The notes beneath the pieces are model-generated. The model saw nothing but the letters and a program-made list of their open reading frames with translations. It did not search any database and was not told the DNA's origin. Of a DNA stretch of 64,000 nt, positions 11,776-20,402 are shown piece by piece. Source of the stretch: a bacterium (GTDB lineage Bacteria > Patescibacteriota > Patescibacteriia > JACPHY01); NCBI GenBank assembly GCA_030647005.1, contig JAUSKG010000021.1, positions 27,105 to 91,104 of the forward strand, read 5' to 3'. Every line of letters begins with the position of its first letter. The stretch's first letter is position 1. The translations under genes and the position numbers were made by a program.

Positions 11776-12426
11776 ATGCTGCAAGCAGCGGTATACAACC
11801 AGGCGGGCGAGAAGACGGGGGCCATGGAACTCCCCCCGCAGGTGTTTGGCGTTGCGCCGAGCTCCGCAGTTCTCCACCAGGTCATCGTTGCCCAGGAAGC
11901 AAATGCGCGTCACGCGATTGCACACACGAAGACGCGCGGCGAGGTCTCTGGCGGCGGCAAGAAGCCGTGGAAGCAGAAGGGGACGGGTCGTGCGCGCGCG
12001 GGCTCCACGCGTTCGCCGCTCTGGGTAGGAGGCGGAACCACGTTCGGCCCACGATCCGTGCGAAACTTTGCGCTGCGCATCAATACGAAAATGCGACGCC
12101 AGGCCGTGCGCATGGCGCTCTCGGATAAGGTTTCTGCGGAGCGGTTTCTCATCGTGGAGGAGTTTACGCCCGTTGCGGGCAAGACGAAGGAAGCAGCAGC
12201 GATTCTTCACGCGCTCAGCGCAGTGGTACCAACGGAGCGTCGTGCTCCATCCGTTCTCGTCGTACTCGATCAGTCGCAGCGGGGTGCCGCGCGGAGCATG
12301 CGGAACCTCCCGCGTACGTCTGGCATTGATGCGGCGCACCTCAACACGCGAGACATCGTGAAGCACGATCTCATTGTGGCAACACGTGAGGCGGTTGCAA
12401 CGATGATCGAGCGACTCAACCCGTAG
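11776..12426 (+). CDS. rplD: 50S ribosomal protein L4
   Basis: GGGKKPWKQKGTGRARAGSTRSPLWVGGGTTFGP. Confidence 0.93.
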   Translation: MLQAAVYNQAGEKTGAMELPPQVFGVAPSSAVLHQVIVAQEANARHAIAHTKTRGEVSGGGKKPWKQKGTGRARAGSTRSPLWVGGGTTFGPRSVRNFALRINTKMRRQAVRMALSDKVSAERFLIVEEFTPVAGKTKEAAAILHALSAVVPTERRAPSVLVVLDQSQRGAARSMRNLPRTSGIDAAHLNTRDIVKHDLIVATREAVATMIERLNP

Positions 12427-12427
12427 T

Positions 12428-12826
12428 ATGGCATTCCTCAAGCGCAAGCACACTGCAAAAGATGTCGTGACGCAGCAGGCCTCTGCACCGACACCGCCTG
12501 CTCCGGCGAGTGCTGCGACGATCGCATCGCGCCCGTCGAACGTGTTGCCGTACCCGGTACTCCTCGAGCCCTACCTGACCGAGAAATCGAGCATCCTTGC
12601 GGAGCTGGGACAGTACACGTTCCTCGTGCATGGGAAGTCGGAGAAGGTGCAGATCGCGCGTGCGATCGCGGATCGGTACCATGTGCATCCTGTGCAGGTC
12701 CGCATCATGCGTACGACGGGGAAGCGTGTCCAGCACGGTCGGACCACCGGTTGGCGCAGCGGGGTGAAGAAGGCGGTCATTACCCTCACGGCCGGTGAGA
12801 CGATGCCGTTTGGTGTGCGCACGTGA
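12428..12826 (+). CDS. rplW: 50S ribosomal protein L23 (with ~45-aa N-terminal extension)
   Basis: ...EKSSILAELGQYTFLVHGKSEKVQIARAIADRYHVHPVQVRIM... Confidence 0.9.
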   Translation: MAFLKRKHTAKDVVTQQASAPTPPAPASAATIASRPSNVLPYPVLLEPYLTEKSSILAELGQYTFLVHGKSEKVQIARAIADRYHVHPVQVRIMRTTGKRVQHGRTTGWRSGVKKAVITLTAGETMPFGVRT

Positions 12827-12845
12827 CGCAGCATTCTCGAACACT

Positions 12846-13688
12846 ATGCCCCTCGTCATCTACAAACCAACGAGTGCAGCGCGACGGAAGACCTCCATCG
12901 TGCGTGGTGAGGTGGATACACGGAAACCGGAGAAACGGCTGCTCATCACCAAGAAATCCACCGGAGGGCGAAACGCCCAGGGTCGCATCACCGTCCGCCA
13001 TCGCGGCGGAGGCGTGAAGCGTCGCATCCGATTGGTGGACAACAAGCGACTGCGTTTCCACGATCCGGCAACGGTGATCGCCATTACGTACGATCCGAAC
13101 CGCAATGCACGCCTCGCGCTCGTTTCCTATAAAGATGGCACGAAGTCGTACATCATTGCGCCACATACGATCGAGGTGGGTATGGAAGTGCTCTCCGCAG
13201 CGGAGAAGATCGCCATCCGCGTTGGGAATCGTATGCCGCTCGAGCATATCCCGACGGGGATGCTCGTCCACGATGTCGAACTCCAGCCGATGCAGGGAGC
13301 GAAGCTCGCGCGCGGTGCGGGCGTTGGTGTGCAGCTCATGGCGATTGAGGGGAAGTACGCGCAGCTCAAGTTGCCGTCCGGCGAGGTACGCCTCGTCCCC
13401 AAGACGTGTGCCGCAACGATTGGGCAGGTCGGGAACCCGGATGCGCGTCTCGTGCGCACGGGGAAGGCCGGCCGCACGCGACGGCTGGGCATTCGTCCGA
13501 CGGTCCGCGGGAAGGTCATGAACCCGGTGGACCATCCCCACGGCGGCGGTGAGGGTCGCAACTCCATCGGTCTCACGCACCCGAAGACGAAGTGGGGGCG
13601 ACACGCACTGGGCGTGAAGACGCGCCGGAAGAAGAAGTGGAGCAGCGTGCTCATCGTCAAGCGTCGGAAGCCGAAGAAGCGCAAGTAA
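12846..13688 (+). CDS. rplB: 50S ribosomal protein L2
   Basis: YKPTSAARRKTSIV ... HPHGGGEGRNSIG. Confidence 0.95.
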   Translation: MPLVIYKPTSAARRKTSIVRGEVDTRKPEKRLLITKKSTGGRNAQGRITVRHRGGGVKRRIRLVDNKRLRFHDPATVIAITYDPNRNARLALVSYKDGTKSYIIAPHTIEVGMEVLSAAEKIAIRVGNRMPLEHIPTGMLVHDVELQPMQGAKLARGAGVGVQLMAIEGKYAQLKLPSGEVRLVPKTCAATIGQVGNPDARLVRTGKAGRTRRLGIRPTVRGKVMNPVDHPHGGGEGRNSIGLTHPKTKWGRHALGVKTRRKKKWSSVLIVKRRKPKKRK

Positions 13689-13776
13689 GCTGCAAGCCGA
13701 CAGCTTCAAGCTCCAAGTCAGGAATGCGGTACGACGTCGTTCTGAACTTGCAGCTTGCAGCTGACCGCTGCAGCAC
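13689..13776 (+). repeat. Structured intergenic repeat copy 1 (CAAGC-repeat arm / loop / GCTTG-repeat arm) between rplB and rpsS
   Basis: gctgcaagccgacagcttcaagctccaag...acttgcagcttgcagctgaccgctgcagc; homologous to 16238-16326 and 17803-17895; ends 5 nt before rpsS ATG. Confidence 0.7.
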
Positions 13777-13781
13777 CCCCT

Positions 13782-14069
13782 ATGTCTCGATCCCTCAAGA
13801 AAGGACCGTTCACGGATCCCAAGCTCATGAAGAAGGTTGGGAAGCTCAAGGTTGGTGATCACACGATCATCAAGACGTGGGCTCGTGCGTCGACGATCAC
13901 GCCGGTCATGGTGGGCTTCACGTTCGCCGTACACGATGGTCGCAAGCACGTTCCCGTGAAGATCTCGGAGCAGATGGTGGGGCACAAACTTGGAGAGTTC
14001 GCATCAACCCGAACGTTCCGCAGGCACGGAGGGAAGCTCGTGAAGGCCGAGGCGCAGCAGAAGAAGTAA
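13782..14069 (+). CDS. rpsS: 30S ribosomal protein S19
   Basis: [19 protein letters not shown]...HDGRKHVPV. Confidence 0.95.
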   Translation: MSRSLKKGPFTDPKLMKKVGKLKVGDHTIIKTWARASTITPVMVGFTFAVHDGRKHVPVKISEQMVGHKLGEFASTRTFRRHGGKLVKAEAQQKK

Positions 14070-14073
14070 CGAT

Positions 14074-14643
14074 ATGCAGGTCACCGCACATCTCAGCCGA
14101 CTCCGCATGTCACCGCGCAAGGTTCGCCTCGTTGCGAATCTCGTGCGTGGTATGGACGTTGTGGAGGCAGATGCACAGCTCGCGAATCTCGCGAAAGCCG
14201 CAGCGCGACCCATGCGGAAGCTCGTTGCTTCCGCGGTAGCGAATGCGGTGCACAATTTCGCGTTCGATGCGGGGAATCTGTTCATCGAGAACGTGCTCGT
14301 GGATCAGGGTCCGACGCTGAAGCGCTTCCGCGCTCGCGCGTTCGGGCGCGCTGCAACGATCCGCAAGCGGACGAGCCACATCACGGTCGTCCTCGGTGAA
14401 CGCACACCGACATCGCCGGAGTCGCGGCCGACTCCTGCGGGCAAGCAGCGGGCCACGCCGATCACCCCAACGATGGTCGCCGATCGCGCGACGGCAGTCC
14501 GTGAACAGGCGACATCTGCAGAGGAGGACGAAGCGGGTGGCGCGCCCACCGCGAAGACCTGGAAGCAGGATGCAGGCAAGAGCGTCGGCAGGCAGCGCGG
14601 GTTCTTCCGTCAGTTCATGAATCGTCGTTCCGGCGAGCGGTAA
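14074..14643 (+). CDS. rplV: 50S ribosomal protein L22 (with ~80-aa C-terminal extension)
   Basis: L22 core MQVTAHLSRLRMSPRKVRLVANLVRGMDV... then low-complexity tail. Confidence 0.92.
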   Translation: MQVTAHLSRLRMSPRKVRLVANLVRGMDVVEADAQLANLAKAAARPMRKLVASAVANAVHNFAFDAGNLFIENVLVDQGPTLKRFRARAFGRAATIRKRTSHITVVLGERTPTSPESRPTPAGKQRATPITPTMVADRATAVREQATSAEEDEAGGAPTAKTWKQDAGKSVGRQRGFFRQFMNRRSGER

Positions 14644-14658
14644 GTGGAACCGAAAGGT

Positions 14659-15345
14659 ATGGGAAAGAAAGTTCACCCAACGGCATTCCGACTTGGTATT
14701 CTCACGACATGGTCGTCGCGTTGGTTCGCCGACCGTCGGTCCTACCGCACGTACCTCGAGCAGGACGTGGGAATTCGTACGATGATCAAGTCGCGGTTCC
14801 GTGAGGCGGGTATCGCGGATGTCGTCATCGAGCGCAACGCGAAGAACATCGCGGTGACGGTTCACGCATCACGCCCCGGTGTCGTCATTGGGCGCGGTGG
14901 ACAGGGCGCAGAGAAGCTCAAGCAGGATATCCGCACGAAGTACTTCGTCGGTGCCGACTCCTCGGTGCTCCAGCTCAACATTGTGGAAGTCGAGCGCGCT
15001 GCGCTCAGTGCGCCCGTCGTTGTGCAGCAGGTGATCCAGGAGATCGAGCAGCGTATGCCATTCCGTCGAGTGCTTCGGCAGGCGTTGGGTCGCGTGGAGC
15101 GTGCCGGCGCGCTCGGTGCACGCATCCAGGTCTCCGGACGCCTGAACGGCGCTGAAATCGCACGGCGGGAGTCGGTGCGTGTCGGATCAGTCCCACTCCA
15201 GACCCTCCGTGCTGATATCAGCTACGCGCAGGACTTCGCCAAAACGATCTACGGTTCGATCGGCGTGAAGGTGTGGATTTACCGTGGCGAGGTGTTCGAG
15301 GAGAAGCGAGGAGAGCACCGTCGCGCTCCTCTTGCACGGAAGTAG
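14659..15345 (+). CDS. rpsC: 30S ribosomal protein S3
   Basis: MGKKVHPTAFRLGILTTWSSRWFA... KH domain. Confidence 0.95.
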   Translation: MGKKVHPTAFRLGILTTWSSRWFADRRSYRTYLEQDVGIRTMIKSRFREAGIADVVIERNAKNIAVTVHASRPGVVIGRGGQGAEKLKQDIRTKYFVGADSSVLQLNIVEVERAALSAPVVVQQVIQEIEQRMPFRRVLRQALGRVERAGALGARIQVSGRLNGAEIARRESVRVGSVPLQTLRADISYAQDFAKTIYGSIGVKVWIYRGEVFEEKRGEHRRAPLARK

Positions 15346-15355
15346 TCCATCATGT

Positions 15356-15766
15356 ATGCTGATGCCGAAGAAGCTCAAACACCGGAAGTTGCACAAGGGC
15401 CGCGGTCGCCGTATGCACCCTGCATCGCGGAAGACGACCGTCGCGTTCGGCGAGCTTGGACTCAAGTCGCTCGGGGAGCACTGGGTGACTGCACGACAGA
15501 TTGAGGCCGCACGTCGTGTCATGAGTCGTGTGACGCGCAAGGGCGGCAAGCTCTGGATTCGCATCTTCCCCGACCATCCGGTGACGGCGAAGGGCAACGA
15601 GGTTCCCATGGGTGGAGGGAAGGGGAATGTGGATCACTACGTCGCGGTGGTGCGTCCGGGGATGGTACTCTTTGAGATTGGCGGGGTCAGCGCAGAGGAG
15701 GCCCGCATGGCCCTGCGACTCGCCGGTCATAAGCTCCCCATGAAGACGAGGGTCGTTGAACGGTAG
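15356..15766 (+). CDS. rplP: 50S ribosomal protein L16
   Basis: MLMPKKLKHRKLHKGRGRR... Confidence 0.93.
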   Translation: MLMPKKLKHRKLHKGRGRRMHPASRKTTVAFGELGLKSLGEHWVTARQIEAARRVMSRVTRKGGKLWIRIFPDHPVTAKGNEVPMGGGKGNVDHYVAVVRPGMVLFEIGGVSAEEARMALRLAGHKLPMKTRVVER

Positions 15767-15781
15767 CGCGACGCGTACGGT

Positions 15782-15988
15782 ATGGATATCAAAACAATTC
15801 GTGAAAAATCAGACGCAGAGATTGTGACGCTGCTCGACGAGTATCGCACGAAACTCGAGGAACTTCGCTTTCGCGTCCGTGCTCGTGAGCTGAAGAACGT
15901 CCATGAACTCCAGCATACTCGACGTGCAATCGCGCGTATGCTCACCGTGCGCAACGAGCGCACGCGTGTCGTCGCCTCACCGGTGTAA
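15782..15988 (+). CDS. rpmC: 50S ribosomal protein L29
   Basis: Short helical protein between L16 and S17: MDIKTIREKSDAEIVTLLDEYRTKLEELRFR... Confidence 0.9.
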   Translation: MDIKTIREKSDAEIVTLLDEYRTKLEELRFRVRARELKNVHELQHTRRAIARMLTVRNERTRVVASPV

Positions 15989-15992
15989 CCCT

Positions 15993-16235
15993 ATGGAGAA
16001 GTCCACGAGTACCCTGCGAAAGCTCGAGGGAACCGTCGTCTCGACGGCGATGGAAAAGACGTGCGTCGTTCGCGTTGATGGTTTGAAGATGCACCCGAAG
16101 TACCAGAAGGCATACCGCGTGAAGCGGAACTACCACGTCCATGATCCGGAAGGCCGTGCGCAGGTCGGCATGGTGGTTCAATTCATTGCCTGTCGCCCCA
16201 TTTCGAAAACGAAGCGTTGGCGACTCCTCGCATAA
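15993..16235 (+). CDS. rpsQ: 30S ribosomal protein S17
   Basis: [41 protein letters not shown]. Confidence 0.93.
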   Translation: MEKSTSTLRKLEGTVVSTAMEKTCVVRVDGLKMHPKYQKAYRVKRNYHVHDPEGRAQVGMVVQFIACRPISKTKRWRLLA

Positions 16236-16237
16236 GT

Positions 16238-16326
16238 AGCTGCAAGCCGACAGCACCAAGCTCCAAGCTCGGAAGACCGTCCGTAGATTCCGTACTTGCA
16301 GCTTGCGGCTGTCAGCTTCAAACTCG
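16238..16326 (+). repeat. Structured intergenic repeat copy 2 between rpsQ and rplN
   Basis: agctgcaagccgacagcaccaagctccaagctcgg...acttgcagcttgcggctgtcagcttcaaactc; ends 4 nt before rplN ATG. Confidence 0.7.
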
Positions 16327-16330
16327 CCGT

Positions 16331-16702
16331 ATGATCCAGCATCGAACAATGGTGAAGAGTGCGGATAACACCGGAGCGAAGAAGCTCCAGTGCATCCGCG
16401 TGCTCGGCGGGTACCGGAAGCGCACCGCACGTCTTGGCGATGTGGCGACGTTTGTCATTAAGGAAGCGACTCCGCATAGCGGCGTGAAGAAAAGCGACAT
16501 CGTCCACGCGGTGCTCGTGCGCACGAAGAAGGAGACCCGGCGGCAGGATGGGAGCTACGTGCGCTTCGACGAGAACGCCGTCGTCATCGTGGATAAGAAG
16601 TCGAAGGAACCGAAGGGGACGCGCATCTTTGGCCCGATTGCCCGTGAGTTGCGCGGACAGGGATTTCAGAAAATCATCTCACTGGCCCCCGAGGTGGTGT
16701 GA
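16331..16702 (+). CDS. rplN: 50S ribosomal protein L14
   Basis: [27 protein letters not shown]. Confidence 0.95.
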   Translation: MIQHRTMVKSADNTGAKKLQCIRVLGGYRKRTARLGDVATFVIKEATPHSGVKKSDIVHAVLVRTKKETRRQDGSYVRFDENAVVIVDKKSKEPKGTRIFGPIARELRGQGFQKIISLAPEVV

Positions 16703-16722
16703 TACGCTTACAGCCCACGCAT

Positions 16723-17034
16723 ATGCGCATCAAAAAAGGCGACACCGTGACGATTCGCACCGGACGTGACCGCGGGAAGGCGGGGAAGGTGCTCCGTACC
16801 ATTCCGGGCCGCAGCGCGGTCGTCGTGGAGGGGTTGAATGTGCTCGTGAAGCACCTCCGTCCACGCAAGCAGGGCGAGCACGGACAGCGCGTGCAGTTTC
16901 CGGCACCGCTCCCCGCATCGCGTGTGATGCTCGTTTGCCCCAAGTGCAGTGGGTCAACGCGGATCGGCATGCGGCGGTTGGAGGATGGATCGCGGCAGCG
17001 GCAGTGCAAGAAGTGCGCGCAGACGTTCGCCTGA
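16723..17034 (+). CDS. rplX: 50S ribosomal protein L24 with C-terminal CxxC...CxxC extension
   Basis: KOW-like MRIKKGDTVTIRTGRDRGKAGKVL...; C-terminal CPKCSGSTRIGMRRLEDGSRQRQCKKCAQTF. Confidence 0.88.
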   Translation: MRIKKGDTVTIRTGRDRGKAGKVLRTIPGRSAVVVEGLNVLVKHLRPRKQGEHGQRVQFPAPLPASRVMLVCPKCSGSTRIGMRRLEDGSRQRQCKKCAQTFA

Positions 17035-17053
17035 AGGACTAGTCACTACTGTT

Positions 17054-17590
17054 ATGACCCTCAAGGAACGCTACCACAAGGAGATTATTCCGAAGCTCAT
17101 GGCAGAGCTCGGCACGCCGAACCCGATGGCCATCCCGCGCATCGAGAAGGTTGTATTGAATTCTGGAACGGGCGGTCCGGCGCGCGGTGACAAGATTGCG
17201 GACATCGCGGCGCAGACCCTCGAGCGCATCTCCGGCCAGCACCCCGTTCGGACGATGGCTCGGAAGTCCATCGCGGCGTTCAAGATTCGCGAGGGGAACG
17301 CCGTTGGCGTTATGGTGACGCTCCGCGGGCAGCGGATGTGGGATTTCCTGGAGAAGTTTATAACGGTTTCCCTCCCGCGCGTTCGTGACTTTCGTGGGCT
17401 CTCGCCAACGAATGTTGACACGCAGGGGAATTGTTCGGTAGGATTTCGAGAGCACGTCATGTTCCCGGAGGTGGCGTCGGATGCGGTGGACCAGATCCAC
17501 GGTTTGCAGGTGACGATCGTGACGAGTGCACACGATCGGAAACGCGGCCTCGCGCTCTTCAGCGCACTGGGGTTCCCCTTTCGGTTGTAA
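17054..17590 (+). CDS. rplE: 50S ribosomal protein L5
   Basis: [20 protein letters not shown]... Confidence 0.95.
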   Translation: MTLKERYHKEIIPKLMAELGTPNPMAIPRIEKVVLNSGTGGPARGDKIADIAAQTLERISGQHPVRTMARKSIAAFKIREGNAVGVMVTLRGQRMWDFLEKFITVSLPRVRDFRGLSPTNVDTQGNCSVGFREHVMFPEVASDAVDQIHGLQVTIVTSAHDRKRGLALFSALGFPFRL

Positions 17591-17600
17591 TACTCCTCAT

Positions 17601-17795
17601 ATGGCTCGAACAGCAATCATCGTGAAGGCCGCGCGCTCCCGTGTGAATCCCAAGTTCTCGTCGCGCGTCCTGCGTCGCTGCTGGCGGTGTGCCCGAGGTC
17701 GCGGGTTTATGCGCGATTTCGAGCTCTGTCGCATCTGCTTCCGCGAACTCGCGAACCGTGGTGAACTTCCGGGAATTAAAAAGGCAAGTTGGTGA
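17601..17795 (+). CDS. rpsZ: 30S ribosomal protein S14, zinc-binding type (64 aa)
   Basis: [13 protein letters not shown]... [23 protein letters not shown] (C4 type-Z S14). Confidence 0.9.
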   Translation: MARTAIIVKAARSRVNPKFSSRVLRRCWRCARGRGFMRDFELCRICFRELANRGELPGIKKASW

Positions 17796-17802
17796 ATTGT
17801 AA

Positions 17803-17895
17803 GCAATAAGCTGACAGCCACAAGCCACAAGCGAGGAACCGTGGACGGCCGAATACACTCCTCACTTGAATCTTGCAGCTGTCAGCTTGCAGCTC
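17803..17895 (+). repeat. Structured intergenic repeat copy 3 between rpsZ and rpsH
   Basis: aagctgacagccacaagccacaagcgagg...cttgaatcttgcagctgtcagcttgcagctc; ends 6 nt before rpsH ATG. Confidence 0.7.
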
Positions 17896-17901
17896 ATACG
17901 T

Positions 17902-18321
17902 ATGATGACCGACCCGATTGCTGACATGCTCACCCGGATCCGGAATGCACAGTCCGTTGGAAGGCCAACGGTGCAGCTTCCGGCGTCCAAGGTGAAGCGC
18001 GCCATTGCGGAGCTCCTCGCACGCGAGGGGTGGCTTGCCCGCGTGGACGTGCGCACGCCATCTACCGGGAAGCGTGGCGAGCAGTCACCGCATCACGAGC
18101 TCGTCCTCACGCTGCGCTACCGTCGGCCTGGAGAACCACAGATTCAGTCCATTCGTCGCATCTCACGGCCGGGTCATCGCGTCTACGTCAAGCATGGAGC
18201 GATCCCGACGGTGAAGCGTGGAGCTGGTATGGCAATCCTTTCCACCCCACAGGGGATTGTGACGAACCGTGAGGCGAAGGTCGCGGGTATCGGCGGCGAA
18301 CTCATTTGTGAACTGTACTGA
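17902..18321 (+). CDS. rpsH: 30S ribosomal protein S8
   Basis: MMTDPIADMLTRIRNA... Confidence 0.95.
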   Translation: MMTDPIADMLTRIRNAQSVGRPTVQLPASKVKRAIAELLAREGWLARVDVRTPSTGKRGEQSPHHELVLTLRYRRPGEPQIQSIRRISRPGHRVYVKHGAIPTVKRGAGMAILSTPQGIVTNREAKVAGIGGELICELY

Positions 18322-18368
18322 AGGAGCCCGTGTGCGTCGCCGTTCGTCAACCGTATACCCACCAACGT

Positions 18369-18917
18369 ATGAGTCGAATCGGGAAACAACCCATCCGCAT
18401 TCCGGACCAGGTCACCGTTACACGGGGAGATGGTCGTGCGGTCGTGCGTGGACCAAAGGGTGAAGTCCTCGTACCAATTCACCGCAACGTGATGGTGGAC
18501 GAGCAGGGAGGAGTGCTCACCGTCACCGTCGTGCGACCGAACGTCAAGGATGATCGCGCGCTCTGGGGGCTCACGACGCGACTCCTCACGAACGCGATCC
18601 TCGGTGTCACCGTTGGCTACACGAAGCGGCTTGAGGTTCATGGCGTTGGTTTTCGCGTGACGGCGAAGGGGAGTACACTCGAGTTCCTCCTTGGATACTC
18701 GCATCCAGTCCCCTTCGAGCTGCCGGACGGCGTGACGGCGACCATCGAGAAGAATACGGTGACCGTTTCCGGTATTGACAAGCAGCTCGTCGGCGAAGTC
18801 GCGGCGAAGATGCACGCGCTCCGGAAACCCGATGCGTACCACGGAAAGGGCGTGCGGTACTCTGGCGTGATCCTGAAGCTCAAGCCCGGGAAGGCCGCGA
18901 AGGGAGCCGGAGGGTAG
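18369..18917 (+). CDS. rplF: 50S ribosomal protein L6
   Basis: MSRIGKQPIRIPDQVTVT... Confidence 0.93.
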   Translation: MSRIGKQPIRIPDQVTVTRGDGRAVVRGPKGEVLVPIHRNVMVDEQGGVLTVTVVRPNVKDDRALWGLTTRLLTNAILGVTVGYTKRLEVHGVGFRVTAKGSTLEFLLGYSHPVPFELPDGVTATIEKNTVTVSGIDKQLVGEVAAKMHALRKPDAYHGKGVRYSGVILKLKPGKAAKGAGG

Positions 18918-18944
18918 GCGTTCACCATTTGTACACTGATACGT

Positions 18945-19310
18945 ATGTCCAAGCGTTTCATCATTCGCATGTCACCGCGAGCACGTCGCCACCGACGCGT
19001 GCGTGCGCGTATCATCGGTACCGCGCAGCGGCCGCGGCTTTCGGTTTTTCGTAGTGCGAAACACGTGTACGCGCAGCTCATTGACGATGCTGCCGGCCGC
19101 ACCGTTGCAGCCGCATCTGATAGCGATGTCTCCGTGAGCGATACCGCATCACGGAAGACCGCCATCGCGCATGCGGTCGGGGGTGTACTCGCGAAGCGTG
19201 CAGTGGCACTCGGGGTCTCTGCGGTGGTGTTCGATCGTGGCGGGTACACGTACCACGGCCGTGTGCAGGCAGTCGCAGACGGCGCGCGTGAGGGCGGTCT
19301 CACTCTGTAG
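18945..19310 (+). CDS. rplR: 50S ribosomal protein L18
   Basis: ...[20 protein letters not shown]... Confidence 0.93.
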   Translation: MSKRFIIRMSPRARRHRRVRARIIGTAQRPRLSVFRSAKHVYAQLIDDAAGRTVAAASDSDVSVSDTASRKTAIAHAVGGVLAKRAVALGVSAVVFDRGGYTYHGRVQAVADGAREGGLTL

Positions 19311-19335
19311 GTGGCGTTGAGCACCAAATACAACG

Positions 19336-19908
19336 ATGCGTATGCCAGGAATAAAGGACAAGAAGACCGAGGCGCGACCGTCGGGAGCGCGTGGTCGCGG
19401 TGCCGCAGGGGGGCGGGGACGCCCCGATGGTCGCGGGCGCGGGCCACGTCGTGGTGAGCACGAGCGCGAGAAGGAGGAGTTCGAGCAGAAGATTCTCGAC
19501 CTCGCGCGCGTCACACGCGTGACGGCAGGCGGCAAGCGCATGCGTTTCCGTGCGTGCGTTTGCTTGGGTGACAAGAAGGGCCGCGTTGGTATCGGTGTCG
19601 CGAAGGGTGCCGATGTCTCCACCGCGATCTCGAAGGCGACCACGCGCGCGAAGCGGGAGATTATCACCGTGCCGATGGATCGCGAGACCATCCCCCATGA
19701 CATCGAGGTGAAGTTTAAGGCCGCGAAGGTCCTCATGAAGCCCGCACCGAAAGGGAGCGGCATCATTGCCGGTGGTGTGGTGCGGCTCGTCCTCGATCTC
19801 GCAGGCGTGTCGAACGTCTCCGCGAAAATGCTCGGATCATCGAACAAGGTATCCAATGCGAAGGCGACCATGCTCGCGCTCTCCTCGCTTCGTGCTCGCA
19901 CGCGTTGA
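19336..19908 (+). CDS. rpsE: 30S ribosomal protein S5 with RG-rich N-terminal extension
   Basis: S5 core (VTRVTAGGKRMRFRACV...GIGVAKGADV...); N-term RGRGAAGGRGRPDGRGRGPRRG. Confidence 0.93.
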   Translation: MRMPGIKDKKTEARPSGARGRGAAGGRGRPDGRGRGPRRGEHEREKEEFEQKILDLARVTRVTAGGKRMRFRACVCLGDKKGRVGIGVAKGADVSTAISKATTRAKREIITVPMDRETIPHDIEVKFKAAKVLMKPAPKGSGIIAGGVVRLVLDLAGVSNVSAKMLGSSNKVSNAKATMLALSSLRARTR

Positions 19909-19918
19909 GCTCCCACCT

Positions 19919-20368
19919 ATGTACTCCCTCCACACGCTCAAGCCATCTCCGAAGAGCACCCACACGACGAAGCGACTTGGTCGCGGTCATGGTTCTGGTC
20001 GCGGGAAGACCGCAGGGCGCGGCACGAAAGGACAGAAGGCCCGCAGCGGCGGTCGCGGCGGTCTCAAGCGACTCGGCATGCGTCCGATGCTCCTCCAACA
20101 GCCCAAGAAGCGCGGGTTCCGGAGTCCGCACGAGAAGTGCGCTTCGGTGAACATTGGTGATGTCGCCGCTGCGGTTGCCGCGGGGACAACCGTCACGCCA
20201 AAGATTCTCGTCGGTGTGCGGCTCATCGCGCACCGCCGTCACGGCGCGAAGGTACTCGGTGGTGGCACGTGCGACAAGCAGTTGGTCTTCAAAGGCCTCG
20301 AGGTCTCCGCGAGTGCAAAGGCGAAGATTGAAGCAGCGGGCGGTAGCGTCATCACGGAAACGCGTTGA
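19919..20368 (+). CDS. rplO: 50S ribosomal protein L15 (follows S5 directly; no L30 gene)
   Basis: MYSLHTLKPSPKSTHTTKRLGRGHGSGRGKTAGRGTKGQ. Confidence 0.93.
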   Translation: MYSLHTLKPSPKSTHTTKRLGRGHGSGRGKTAGRGTKGQKARSGGRGGLKRLGMRPMLLQQPKKRGFRSPHEKCASVNIGDVAAAVAAGTTVTPKILVGVRLIAHRRHGAKVLGGGTCDKQLVFKGLEVSASAKAKIEAAGGSVITETR

Positions 20369-20402
20369 GCACACGTCGGTGATGCCGACGCGTGCAGGAG
20401 TT

